Below are positions 32,531 through 41,299 of a stretch of 64,000 nucleotides of DNA, one piece after another. The stretch lies in contig CAVSAC010000014.1 in assembly GCA_963725865.1 (NCBI GenBank), positions 448,001 through 512,000 of the forward strand. Direction: 5' to 3'. A model generated the notes under the pieces. That model had not been told where the DNA came from. It saw nothing but the letters and a program-made list of their open reading frames with translations, and did no database searches. How positions within the stretch are numbered: the stretch's first letter is position 1; each line of letters starts with the position of its first letter. This DNA is from Candidatus Eiseniibacteriota bacterium (GTDB lineage Bacteria; Eisenbacteria; RBG-16-71-46). A program made the position numbers and the translations under genes.

Positions 32531-33427
32531 CTAGCGATAGCGCAGCTTGAGCCGCCCCCAGGTGGAGCCGGCGACGGGCGTGGGGATCACCCACAGGTCG
32601 GTGATCGGCGCGTTGATGGTGCCCGACGCGAATGCCGGCAGGCTCAGCGCGTCGCAGATGGTGCGCAGGACGGAGTAGTGGTTGACGCGCGCGCTGCTGG
32701 CGTAGCCACTCTTGACCATCGGGCCCGCGAACACCGTCAGGATGTGGTTGCTCGAGCTGCCGTCGTCCTCGTCCCAGGTCAGGATGACGACGCCGCGCGG
32801 ACCGACCGCGGCGATCATCGCGGGCAGGTTCGCCGCCAGCCACGCGTCCCCCACTCCGATCGCGCAATCGTGCGTGTTGTTGCACTGGTTCGGGATCACG
32901 TACGCCAGGTTCGGCAGCGCACCGGCCGCGATGTCCGTCCACAGGTCGCCGAGCGGCCGCTCGTGATCGTGGCTCAGATTGGTGAAGTAGCTCCACGGGC
33001 AGTGCCGGCGGACGTAGCTGGGCGCCGTGCAGACGGTGCTCCCCACCGCGGGCAGCCCCTCGCTGTAGGAGCGCCAGGTGCGGCCCGCGGCCTCGCACGC
33101 GTGGCCGAGATTCTCGTACGGCCACGGGGATCCCGCCGGCGGGCACACGTCGTTCGAGACCAGCGGCACTCCGCACCACATCGCGATGTAGTTGGGCTGC
33201 GACGGATGGGTGATCGCGAACATGTTCGTCAGCGTGCTCTGGGCCGCGATCAGGCTCGCGGTGTACGGCTGCACGCGGGTCTGGTCGTAGCTCTTGTTCT
33301 CCATCACGACGACCAGCACGTGGTCGAGCGGTGGCACGCCCTGGGCGCTCGCGCTCGTCGCGGCGGCGAGCAGGGCGAGCAGGAGCGCGCAGCGGGCGGC
33401 TGTGGGAAAGGCGGCGAGGAGGCGCAT
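32531..33427 (-). CDS. Secreted phosphoesterase / acid phosphatase family protein
   Basis: HVLVVVMENKS, HPSQPNYIA, TWDED, NHYSVLRTI; signal peptide; ends STWGRLKLRYR. Confidence 0.85.
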   Translation of the reverse strand: MRLLAAFPTAARCALLLALLAAATSASAQGVPPLDHVLVVVMENKSYDQTRVQPYTASLIAAQSTLTNMFAITHPSQPNYIAMWCGVPLVSNDVCPPAGSPWPYENLGHACEAAGRTWRSYSEGLPAVGSTVCTAPSYVRRHCPWSYFTNLSHDHERPLGDLWTDIAAGALPNLAYVIPNQCNNTHDCAIGVGDAWLAANLPAMIAAVGPRGVVILTWDEDDGSSSNHILTVFAGPMVKSGYASSARVNHYSVLRTICDALSLPAFASGTINAPITDLWVIPTPVAGSTWGRLKLRYR

Positions 33428-33577
33428 CGGCAGGGATGTCCTTCGGTCGAGAGGGGGCGCCCACGGAGCGGCGCGAGCAGGTCGGGCCCGGGGAGCGGAC
33501 CGATTCGAGGGAGCGGAGTATGGCGACCCGGCGTCCGGGCGTCCACGGTTTCGTGCGCCCGCCGGCCGAATCCTCGC

Positions 33578-33991
33578 TCAGTAGATCGGCCAGGTACTCG
33601 GCGTGACCAGCTCCACCGAGTGCCCGTCGGGGTCGCGCAGGTACAGGCTGCGCCCGCCGCGCGACCACTCCACCCGGCTCTCGACCTCGACCCCGCGCTC
33701 GGCGAGCCGCGCTTCCCAGTCCGCGAACTCCGCCGCGGGGATCGCGAATCCCACGTGCACCGGGCCCGCGCCGTCGTGCGGCGGGATGCGACCGCCGCCG
33801 GTCTCGATGCCCGCCAGCGAGGCGCCGCGGCGGAACAGCAGCAGCACGTTGGCGCCGCCCGCGTCCAGCGCTGCCAGCCGCGCGTCCGCACTCATCACGC
33901 GCAGCCCGAGCACGCCGGCGTAGAACGCCTGCGCCCGCGCCACGTCCTCGACGTAGAGCGCCGTCTCCACGATCCGCGTGATGGTCGGCAT
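33578..33991 (-). CDS. VOC/glyoxalase family protein
   Basis: ETALYV, FYAGVLGL, HVGF, YLRDPDGHSVEL. Confidence 0.88.
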   Translation of the reverse strand: MPTITRIVETALYVEDVARAQAFYAGVLGLRVMSADARLAALDAGGANVLLLFRRGASLAGIETGGGRIPPHDGAGPVHVGFAIPAAEFADWEARLAERGVEVESRVEWSRGGRSLYLRDPDGHSVELVTPSTWPIY

Positions 33992-34016
33992 GGGTCGCCT
34001 CGAACGATCCCGGCGG

Positions 34017-34706
34017 TCAGTAGACGACCGGCTTCACGGCGGCGGCGCCCCACAGCTCGCGCAGCCGGCGGTCGCGGCCGCAGCCCTCGCGATAGGAGTG
34101 GTAGCGCTCCCAGTCCTTCTTCCAGAAGTCCTGGTGGTAGCCCTCCGCGGGGTAGAACGGGCCCGCGGGCACGATGCGCGTCACGATCGGCTGCTTCAAC
34201 ACGTGCGACGCCTCGAGCCGGCGCCTGGACTCCTCCGCCAGCCGCGACTGTTCCGCGCCGCGCGGGAAGATCGCGGAGCGGTACTCGGTGCCGCGGTCGC
34301 AGAACTGGCCGTCGTCCTGGGTGGGATCGATGCTGTGCCAGTACAGGTCGAGCAGCTGCGCATACGAGATGCGCGCGGGATCGAATCGCACCTCGATCGA
34401 CTCGAGGTGACCGGTGGTGCCGGTGCCGACCTGTTCGTAGGTGGGGTTCACCTGGTGGCCGCCGGTGTAGCCCGACACCACCGCGAGGATCCCCGGCCGG
34501 CCCTCGAACTGGGTCTCCATGCACCAGAAGCACCCGCCCGCGAAGATCGCGGCGTCGGTGCTCGCCGTTCGCCCGGCGCCGGGCGTCGCCGGTGTCGCGG
34601 CGAGCGTGCGGGCGGGTGGCGCCTTCGGCGCGGCGGCGCGGGCGGCGAACGGATTCGCGAGCGCGGACAGGAGGGCGAATGCCGGGATCCAGCGGGCGGG
34701 TCTCAC
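34017..34706 (-). CDS. msrA: Peptide-methionine (S)-S-oxide reductase, exported
   Basis: FAGGCFWC, SGYTGG, FYPAEGYHQDF; N-terminal signal peptide. Confidence 0.93.
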   Translation of the reverse strand: MRPARWIPAFALLSALANPFAARAAAPKAPPARTLAATPATPGAGRTASTDAAIFAGGCFWCMETQFEGRPGILAVVSGYTGGHQVNPTYEQVGTGTTGHLESIEVRFDPARISYAQLLDLYWHSIDPTQDDGQFCDRGTEYRSAIFPRGAEQSRLAEESRRRLEASHVLKQPIVTRIVPAGPFYPAEGYHQDFWKKDWERYHSYREGCGRDRRLRELWGAAAVKPVVY

Positions 34707-34796
34707 AGGTTCTCTCCGGGTCAGGGGGCGGCCCTGCGGGCATGGCTTCCGCTTGGATGCATCGAGCGCGGATCCGGCGCGCGCTCTCGCCGGCGG

Positions 34797-37700
34797 CTAC
34801 TCCCCGGTCGCGGTGAACGCCGCCCAGTAGAAGGGGTTCGTCACGCGCCCGTCCCGGCGACGGGCCGCGAGCATCGCGCGACTCGCCGCGCGCACCGCGG
34901 CGCTCGCCTGCAGCCCCGCCGCGCGCGCGTCGTAGAGCGCGCTCATCCACTCGTGCGTGGCCTGGTCGGCCACCGGCCACTGGCTGGCGATCACCGCCCG
35001 GGCGCCGGCGAGCTGGAACGCGCGTCGCATGCCGAGCACGCCCTCGTGTGCCCATACCGGGGCCACGCCCGACTGGCAGGCCGACAGCACCACCCAGTCG
35101 GTGCCTCGCAGGTCGAGCGTGGTGATCTCCTCGGCGGTCAGCAGTCCTTCGTTCTCGTCGCGGGTCTCCGACGGCGGGCGATTCGCACCCGCCAGCGCGA
35201 GCCACACCTGCCGGCCCAGCCACGTCGACGCCGGTCGGGCGGTGACTTCCGCACCCGGGGCCGGGACGCGCGCGGCGCGGCGAGTCGAGCGGGCCGGCGC
35301 GAGGTCCTCCACGCCGCCCATGCCGCGCGTCCCGGCACCGACGCGGGCCCGGCAGGTGTCCTCGAACACCACGCCGTGCGTCGCCAGGTGGATCACGCGC
35401 TGCCCCGGCGCGTCGCGTTTGAACGTGGCCTCGTCGGCGGCGGCGCCGACGAGCAGCTCCGGTCGGCCTCCATTCGCCGGCCAGCGCCGCGCGATATCCT
35501 CGGCCTCCGCGCGGGCGGCCGGCAGCGGAGGCAGCGCCACCGGCTCGCCGCTGCACGGCCAGCTGCGCGCGCGCAGCAGCATGGCGACGGGTGGCGGCGC
35601 GGTTGCGGGCTCGCCGGCCACGTCGAAGTCGGGCCCGCCGACCGCGAGCAATCCGCTGGTGGCGGGCGCGGTGGCAGACGGCAGCAGGTCGCGCTCGGCG
35701 TTGAGCACGCGGATCACGAGTGGGTCGTCGGCGAGGTAGCGGCCCCCGCGCTCGGGGAGCGCGAGCCAGGGGAGCTCGAACACCGGGCCCTCCGGGACCA
35801 GCAGCGCCTCGCGCGTCGCTCCCAGCTCGCGCGCGATCGGATCCCACACGCTCGCCCGCACACTCGCACCGAGCAATCGGCAAGCCTGCTCCTCGCGGCG
35901 CGCCTCGGTGGGATCGCGGGGCGGCACCGCCAGCCGCCGTGTCCACTCGCGGATCCCGGCCTCGATCTCGGAACTCGCTCCCAGCGACACGAAGCGCACC
36001 CGCTGGTCGCGCCCGCTCGCCACGAACGCCCCGAGGCGCGGCGCCTCCGCGCCGGTGCCCGCGCTCGCGAACGCGATCAGCGCCTGGTCCGGACCGAGGC
36101 GTTCGAGCACGCGCCGCAGACTCACGGAATCGTCCGCGCTCACGCTGCCGCTGGCGAGGCGCACGTAGCGCCGCTCCGCCTCCTCGGCGTCGTGACGCGC
36201 GGCCTCGAACCGCTCCGCGCTGGCGGGATCGTCGGGGTGCGCGGAACCGCTCACCACCAGTTGCGCCAGTCGCCGCTGGGCGCTCAGCCACCGACCGTGT
36301 GCCGCGGCCAGCGCGGTGTCGGTACCGGCCCCCGCGGGCAGCCGGCGACGCGCGATCTCGTGACCGACGAGTCCGCGCCAGCGGACGATGCGGTCCCACG
36401 CGGTGGCCAGCTCGGACTCGTGGTCGGGCCGCGCGAGCTCGACCAGCAGGTCGCACGGCGCACCGAGCCGCAGGGCGAGTTGGAGCGCGCGCCGGTCCGG
36501 CAGCGCCTGGAGCGCGAAGCCGAGTCGGGCGCGGGCGCGCTGTTCGGCCTCGAGCGCCAGGTCCCAGGCCGGCTCGTGCAGCCCCAGGCGCGCGTCCGCG
36601 GCGGCCTGCGCGCCGAGCAGGTCGATCCACTCGGGAGTGGAGCGCACGCGGGTGCTGTCGCGCAGGCGTGCGACCGCGGCGCCGAGCCCCTCCGCGTATC
36701 CGCGATCCTCCGGGCCGCGAGTGGTTTCCAGGGCCTGGCCGAGCAGCGATGCCAGATCGGTCCCCACCCGATCGCCCCGCCGCGTCTCGTGGCGGATCGC
36801 GAGGTCGAGCGTCTCGCGTGCGGCGGCGACGTGGCCGCGCGCGACCTCCAGCCGGGCCTCGCTCGAGCGGAACAAGGCTTCGTTCTCGTTCGCGAGCGCC
36901 TCCTGCCGCGCGAGCGCCGGCCCCACGATCGCCAGCTCGCGTGCTGCGCGCGCCGTATCGCCCACCACGATCAGGTTGTCGACCAGCACGAGCCGCGCGT
37001 TGATCGACTGGGGATTCGCCGGCCCGACCTTGGCGTCCATGACCGCGAGCGCCGGCTCGAGCAGCGCGGCCGCGGCCGGATGATCCCCGAGGTCCTCGAG
37101 GCGATAGGCGAGCACGATGCGCCGCATCGCCGTCTCGCGCGCGTCGTCGCCCACGCGCCGCCGCGTGAGCTCGAAGGCACGCTGCGCCAGCTCGATCGAT
37201 TCCGCGAGGTTGCCGATGCGGCGTTCGAGCGTCGAGAGGCGCGCGATCGAGCCCTCGAGATAATCGCTCATCGACGCGGTGTCCCTCGCGCTGTTGCGCA
37301 CCGCGCGCATCAGCAGCGCGCGCGCGGCGTCGAACTCGCCCACCCGCACCAGGAACTCGCCGTACTGCGCGAGGGTCGGGACCAGCGTGGGGGCATCGCG
37401 ACCGAGCCGGGTCTCGCGCAGCAGCAGCGCCTTCTCGAACGCAGCGCGGGCGGCGGTGACGTGCCCCAGCCGCGACTGCGCCACGCCCAGCGCCATCTCG
37501 CACTGGGCCATCAGAAGCGTGTCCGGTGGCGACGACGCTCCGAGCACCCGCAGCGCCTCTTCGCCGTGCGCGCACGCCTCGTCCACCCGGCCGCCGTCGG
37601 TGTAGAGCACCGCGGCGGTGACGTGGGCCGCCGCGAGGACGCGATCGCCCGCGGGCGCGCGCCGGGCGCGGATCGCGATCCCGCGCTCGAGCGCCTCGTA

Positions 37701-38042
37701 GCCCTGGCCGTCCACGTACAGGTTGCGCTTGAGCCGCGAGGTCCCGATCGCGATCAGGGCACGCGCGTACTCCATCGAGTCCGGCGCCGGAGCCTGGGCG
37801 AACCGCCCGACGATCACGTGCGCGAGGCTCTCGGACGCCGCCCAGCGGAATCGCGACTCGAGTCCCTGCAGCGTGTCCCAGACCGCGGCGGTCGGCGCGG
37901 GGACGATGAGCGTGGCGGACGAGAGCGCGGCGGACACCGCGGCGGAGCCCCTCGCAGCACGCGGCGGGGCCGCGCCCGCGGAGACGGTCATCGTCACCCC
38001 AACGGCCATCCAGCATGCGAGCGCGAGCATCGTCCGTCGCAT
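34797..38042 (-). CDS. TPR-repeat + CHAT (caspase-HetF) protease with predicted signal peptide
   Basis: TPR-like helical repeats; VPEGPVFELPW, IHLATHG (His), VVLSACQSG (Cys), SQWPVAD, PFYWAAF. Confidence 0.88.
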   Translation of the reverse strand: MRRTMLALACWMAVGVTMTVSAGAAPPRAARGSAAVSAALSSATLIVPAPTAAVWDTLQGLESRFRWAASESLAHVIVGRFAQAPAPDSMEYARALIAIGTSRLKRNLYVDGQGYEALERGIAIRARRAPAGDRVLAAAHVTAAVLYTDGGRVDEACAHGEEALRVLGASSPPDTLLMAQCEMALGVAQSRLGHVTAARAAFEKALLLRETRLGRDAPTLVPTLAQYGEFLVRVGEFDAARALLMRAVRNSARDTASMSDYLEGSIARLSTLERRIGNLAESIELAQRAFELTRRRVGDDARETAMRRIVLAYRLEDLGDHPAAAALLEPALAVMDAKVGPANPQSINARLVLVDNLIVVGDTARAARELAIVGPALARQEALANENEALFRSSEARLEVARGHVAAARETLDLAIRHETRRGDRVGTDLASLLGQALETTRGPEDRGYAEGLGAAVARLRDSTRVRSTPEWIDLLGAQAAADARLGLHEPAWDLALEAEQRARARLGFALQALPDRRALQLALRLGAPCDLLVELARPDHESELATAWDRIVRWRGLVGHEIARRRLPAGAGTDTALAAAHGRWLSAQRRLAQLVVSGSAHPDDPASAERFEAARHDAEEAERRYVRLASGSVSADDSVSLRRVLERLGPDQALIAFASAGTGAEAPRLGAFVASGRDQRVRFVSLGASSEIEAGIREWTRRLAVPPRDPTEARREEQACRLLGASVRASVWDPIARELGATREALLVPEGPVFELPWLALPERGGRYLADDPLVIRVLNAERDLLPSATAPATSGLLAVGGPDFDVAGEPATAPPPVAMLLRARSWPCSGEPVALPPLPAARAEAEDIARRWPANGGRPELLVGAAADEATFKRDAPGQRVIHLATHGVVFEDTCRARVGAGTRGMGGVEDLAPARSTRRAARVPAPGAEVTARPASTWLGRQVWLALAGANRPPSETRDENEGLLTAEEITTLDLRGTDWVVLSACQSGVAPVWAHEGVLGMRRAFQLAGARAVIASQWPVADQATHEWMSALYDARAAGLQASAAVRAASRAMLAARRRDGRVTNPFYWAAFTATGE

Positions 38043-38045
38043 CGC

Positions 38046-39758
38046 TCAGCGCAGCGGATTCTCGAGGACCACCTGGCGCACCCAGGTCCCGCGCACCGCC
38101 TGCTCGCCACCGGCGAGCGATCGGATGTGCTCGAACAGCAGCGCCGGCCGCTGGGGAGTCCCGCCCGTCTCGATCTCGCTGAGCCCCGCCATCCCGCGCA
38201 GGCGGTCCATGGTGCTGGATTCGACGCGCGCGTACTGGATCGGGTGGCCGGGCACCGGCGCGGGCAGCCGGCGCAGCTCCGCCTCGAGCTCCGGCAGGGG
38301 TTCCGGAGTCGCCACCACGAGCAGGTGCTCGCGGCCGCCGCGACTCGTCACCGTCCAGGCGTTCTCGCGACCATCGCGCGTGCCCGGCAGCAGGACCGTC
38401 GAATCGCCGGGAACGGGATTCCCGCGATCGAACATGGGCTGCGGGAAGAGCAGGTAGTTCTCGCCGCGTTCGTCGGCGTCGAGCACGTAGACCCACACCT
38501 CTCGCGTCGACCGGAACTCGAGCGAGACGCGATCGCCCGGTGCGACCCGGTCGCCCGATTCGAGGTGCACGCGACCATCGCGGCCGTGCCGCAGGAAGCC
38601 GGCGGACACGTCGTACGCGACCGATGCCGGTGCGACCGCCGCGGGGGGCGCGCGGCGGGGAGCCCGCTGCGTCGCCACCCACGCCGCGATCAACGCCACC
38701 AGCAGCACCGCGAGCCCGAGGCCCGCGCGTGCCCGCAGCGTGGACGGGGCGGGCGTGCGCGACGCGGCACCGGCGGCTTCGAACTCCGCGGCGAGCGCGG
38801 CCGCGTCCGCGAATCGCTCGCGCGGGTCGGACGCCATCGCCCGCTCGATCGCGTCGGTCAGTCGCACGGGAGCGTCGGGTCGCACGGCTCGCAGCGGGCG
38901 GCGCGCTCCCGCGGCCACCGCCGCCCGCAGCTGCTCGAGCGTCTCGGCGCGGTACGGCGGCTCGCCGGCGAGCGCGCAGAACAGGGTGACGCCGAGCGCG
39001 TAGAGGTCGTCGGTCGGCTTCGCGGCCGCGCCCGCGAGGCGCTGCGGCGACATGTACAGCGGCGTGCCCGAGAACGGCGCCGGATCGCGCTCCACGGAGG
39101 GTCGCTGGCCGAGTCCGAAGTCCGTCAGCACCGCGCGGCCATCGCTCTCGAGGACGATGTTCGCGGGCTTCACGTCGCGGTGGACGGTGGCGGACGCGTG
39201 CACCGCCCGCAGCGCCCGCCCGAGCTGGGCGCCGAGTCCCGCGACCTCGTGCGCGGGGAGCGGACCGCGGCGGGCGAGCTCGTGTTCGAGCGTCGGGCCG
39301 TGCAGGAATTCCATCCACAGTCCCGCGCGCGCCTCGTGCTCGGCCGCGCCGAACACCGTCACCACGTGGGGGTCGCGCAGCCGCGCCAACGCGCGTGCCT
39401 CCTCGAGCCAGCGGGTCGGTTCGCCGGCGCCCGGTTGGCGAGGACGCATCAGCTTGAGCGCCACCTCGCGCTGGAGCGTGGTGTCCCAGGCACGGAACAC
39501 CTCGCCATCGGCGCCGGCACCCACCCGCTCGAGGAGCAGCAACTCGCCCCAGCGACCGAGGTCGCCGGGATCGGCGCCCGGCCGGGATTCCTGCTGCAGC
39601 CGCTGGTGGAACTCGGCCACTCGCGCCACGTCGCGCAGCGCGCGCACCTGGGTGCGCTGTTCGGCGCTTTCCACGCCCGCCTCGACCAGTTCCCAGTCGA
39701 CGGGCTCGCCCTCCGCGACCGACTCGATCACGGGATCGAACTTGGAGTCGTCAGTCAT
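38046..39758 (-). CDS. Membrane Ser/Thr protein kinase with extracytoplasmic DUF4384-like domain
   Basis: GAGADG, VALK, HRDVKPAN, DFG, GTPLYMSP; one TM; GDRVSLEF...WVYVL...LLFP C-terminal domain. Confidence 0.85.
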   Translation of the reverse strand: MTDDSKFDPVIESVAEGEPVDWELVEAGVESAEQRTQVRALRDVARVAEFHQRLQQESRPGADPGDLGRWGELLLLERVGAGADGEVFRAWDTTLQREVALKLMRPRQPGAGEPTRWLEEARALARLRDPHVVTVFGAAEHEARAGLWMEFLHGPTLEHELARRGPLPAHEVAGLGAQLGRALRAVHASATVHRDVKPANIVLESDGRAVLTDFGLGQRPSVERDPAPFSGTPLYMSPQRLAGAAAKPTDDLYALGVTLFCALAGEPPYRAETLEQLRAAVAAGARRPLRAVRPDAPVRLTDAIERAMASDPRERFADAAALAAEFEAAGAASRTPAPSTLRARAGLGLAVLLVALIAAWVATQRAPRRAPPAAVAPASVAYDVSAGFLRHGRDGRVHLESGDRVAPGDRVSLEFRSTREVWVYVLDADERGENYLLFPQPMFDRGNPVPGDSTVLLPGTRDGRENAWTVTSRGGREHLLVVATPEPLPELEAELRRLPAPVPGHPIQYARVESSTMDRLRGMAGLSEIETGGTPQRPALLFEHIRSLAGGEQAVRGTWVRQVVLENPLR

Positions 39759-40353
39759 GCGTGCCCATCGCTTCCGCGAGCCGCCGGAGCGCGCGCGTCA
39801 CCGCCACCCGGGCCGCGTCGCGGCTCGGACGATCGGCGATCGCCGCGATCTCGTCGAAGTCGTAGTCGAGCTCGATCCGCAGATGCAGCAATTGCTGCTC
39901 CTCGACCCGGAGGGTCGCAAGCGCGCGTTCGTAGCGTGCCGCCACGTCGGCGCCGATCGCCAACTCGAGCGGCGAGGGGGCCGCGCTCGCGAGGGACTCC
40001 GGGACGCCGTCCGGTCCCGGGCGGCGGTCCGCCCATCGGACCGCATCCCGGATACGGTTGAGCACCGCAGATCGAACATAGCCCTGGAATCCGCCCGGCC
40101 CCATGACCTCGATATGATCCAGCCGCTCGAGGGTGCGAAGCAGCGTCTCCTGCACGAGATCCGCGGTATCGAGCAGGCTGCGCGCGCGCATCGGAAGGCG
40201 GCCGCTGGCCCAGGCACGCAGCCTCGGCAGGTAGCGCGCCATGAGGGCGTCGAGCGCGACTCGATCACCCTCTTTGGCGCGCCGCAGGAGCTGCGTGGTG
40301 GCGGCCAGGGCATGCTCCGGTGCCGGTGATCCCGCGGTGACGGGCCTACTCAA
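39751..40353 (-). CDS. ECF sigma factor of the kinase-associated type
   Basis: TTQLLRRAKEGD..ALDAL..RY, DTADLVQET, NRIRD, region 4 EIAA...AARV; TTG start after GGAGGGAG; overlaps kinase start. Confidence 0.85.
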   Translation of the reverse strand: MSRPVTAGSPAPEHALAATTQLLRRAKEGDRVALDALMARYLPRLRAWASGRLPMRARSLLDTADLVQETLLRTLERLDHIEVMGPGGFQGYVRSAVLNRIRDAVRWADRRPGPDGVPESLASAAPSPLELAIGADVAARYERALATLRVEEQQLLHLRIELDYDFDEIAAIADRPSRDAARVAVTRALRRLAEAMGTHD

Positions 40354-40704
40354 ACTCCCTCCGGATGCGGCCGGAAGCGCTTTCGCAACCGGTCGAGTAT
40401 AGCCGCGTCGCCGCGCGAGCGGCGGATGAATCGGGCGCCTCCGACGTTCGGATGGGCGTCGCGACCCGCCCCCCATCTCCGAGCTCGCGAGGAGCTGCGC
40501 AGGGCGCGAGGAACGGTGCTCCGCCGGGCGAGGGCGGGTGAGCCCGCGGCGTCCTTGCGGCGGGAAACCCCGCCTGAGTATCGTGCCGGCGCCGACGCTT
40601 CCGAGGACTTCGGCAGCCCGTGTCGCGCCCGCTTCACGCAGGGCTCGAGGGCCCAAGCTCGGGGAGCGAACCCCGCGCGGTCCCGGAACCGGAAGGAGTG
40701 CCGC

Positions 40705-41298
40705 TTGATCCTCTTCCCCATCCTGGCGCTCGTCGCCGTCGTGGTCGCGGTCCTGTTCGCCGCGGGCATCTACAACTCCATGGTCTCCGCGCGCAATCGC
40801 TTCAAGAACGCCTTCGCGCAGATCGACGTGCAGCTCACGCGCCGTTACGACCTGATCCCCAACCTGGTCGAGACGGCGAAGGGCTACCTGGCGCACGAAC
40901 GCGAGACGCTCGAAGCGGTCGTCCGCGCCCGCGCGGCCGCGGTCTCGGGCCTGGCGGCGGCCAAGGCGGACCCCTCGAGCGCGAGCAACATCCAGGCGCT
41001 GGGCGGCGCCGACGCCGCACTCACCGGAGCGCTCGGGCGCCTGCTCGCGGTCGCCGAAGCGTATCCGGATCTCAAGGCGAACCAGACCATGATGCAGCTC
41101 TCCGAGGAGCTCACCAGCACCGAGAACAAGGTGGCGTTCTCGCGCCAGGCGTTCAACGATGCGGTCATGAGCTACAACAACGCCTGCCAGGTGTTCCCGA
41201 ACAACCTGTTCGCGGGCATGTTCGGATTCCTGCCGGCCGAGATGCTGCCGATCGAAGACGCGGCCAAGCGCGAGGCGCCCAAGGTCTCGTTCCGCTGA
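40705..41298 (+). CDS. lemA: LemA family protein
   Basis: QIDVQLTRRYDLIPNLVET, EAYPDLKAN, ENKVAFSRQAFND, FPNN. Confidence 0.93.
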   Translation: MILFPILALVAVVVAVLFAAGIYNSMVSARNRFKNAFAQIDVQLTRRYDLIPNLVETAKGYLAHERETLEAVVRARAAAVSGLAAAKADPSSASNIQALGGADAALTGALGRLLAVAEAYPDLKANQTMMQLSEELTSTENKVAFSRQAFNDAVMSYNNACQVFPNNLFAGMFGFLPAEMLPIEDAAKREAPKVSFR

Positions 41299-41299
41299 C

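Noticed and set aside
34797..38042. CRISPR-associated (Craspase-type) TPR-CHAT
   Set aside because: No Cas genes or array; it has a signal-like N-terminus and sits in a sigma/kinase operon.
33895..40061. 1807-aa and 2027-aa ORFs, and similar long Arg/Ala/Gly-rich overlapping ORFs elsewhere
   Set aside because: Shadow frames of real genes at very high GC; no recognisable motifs.
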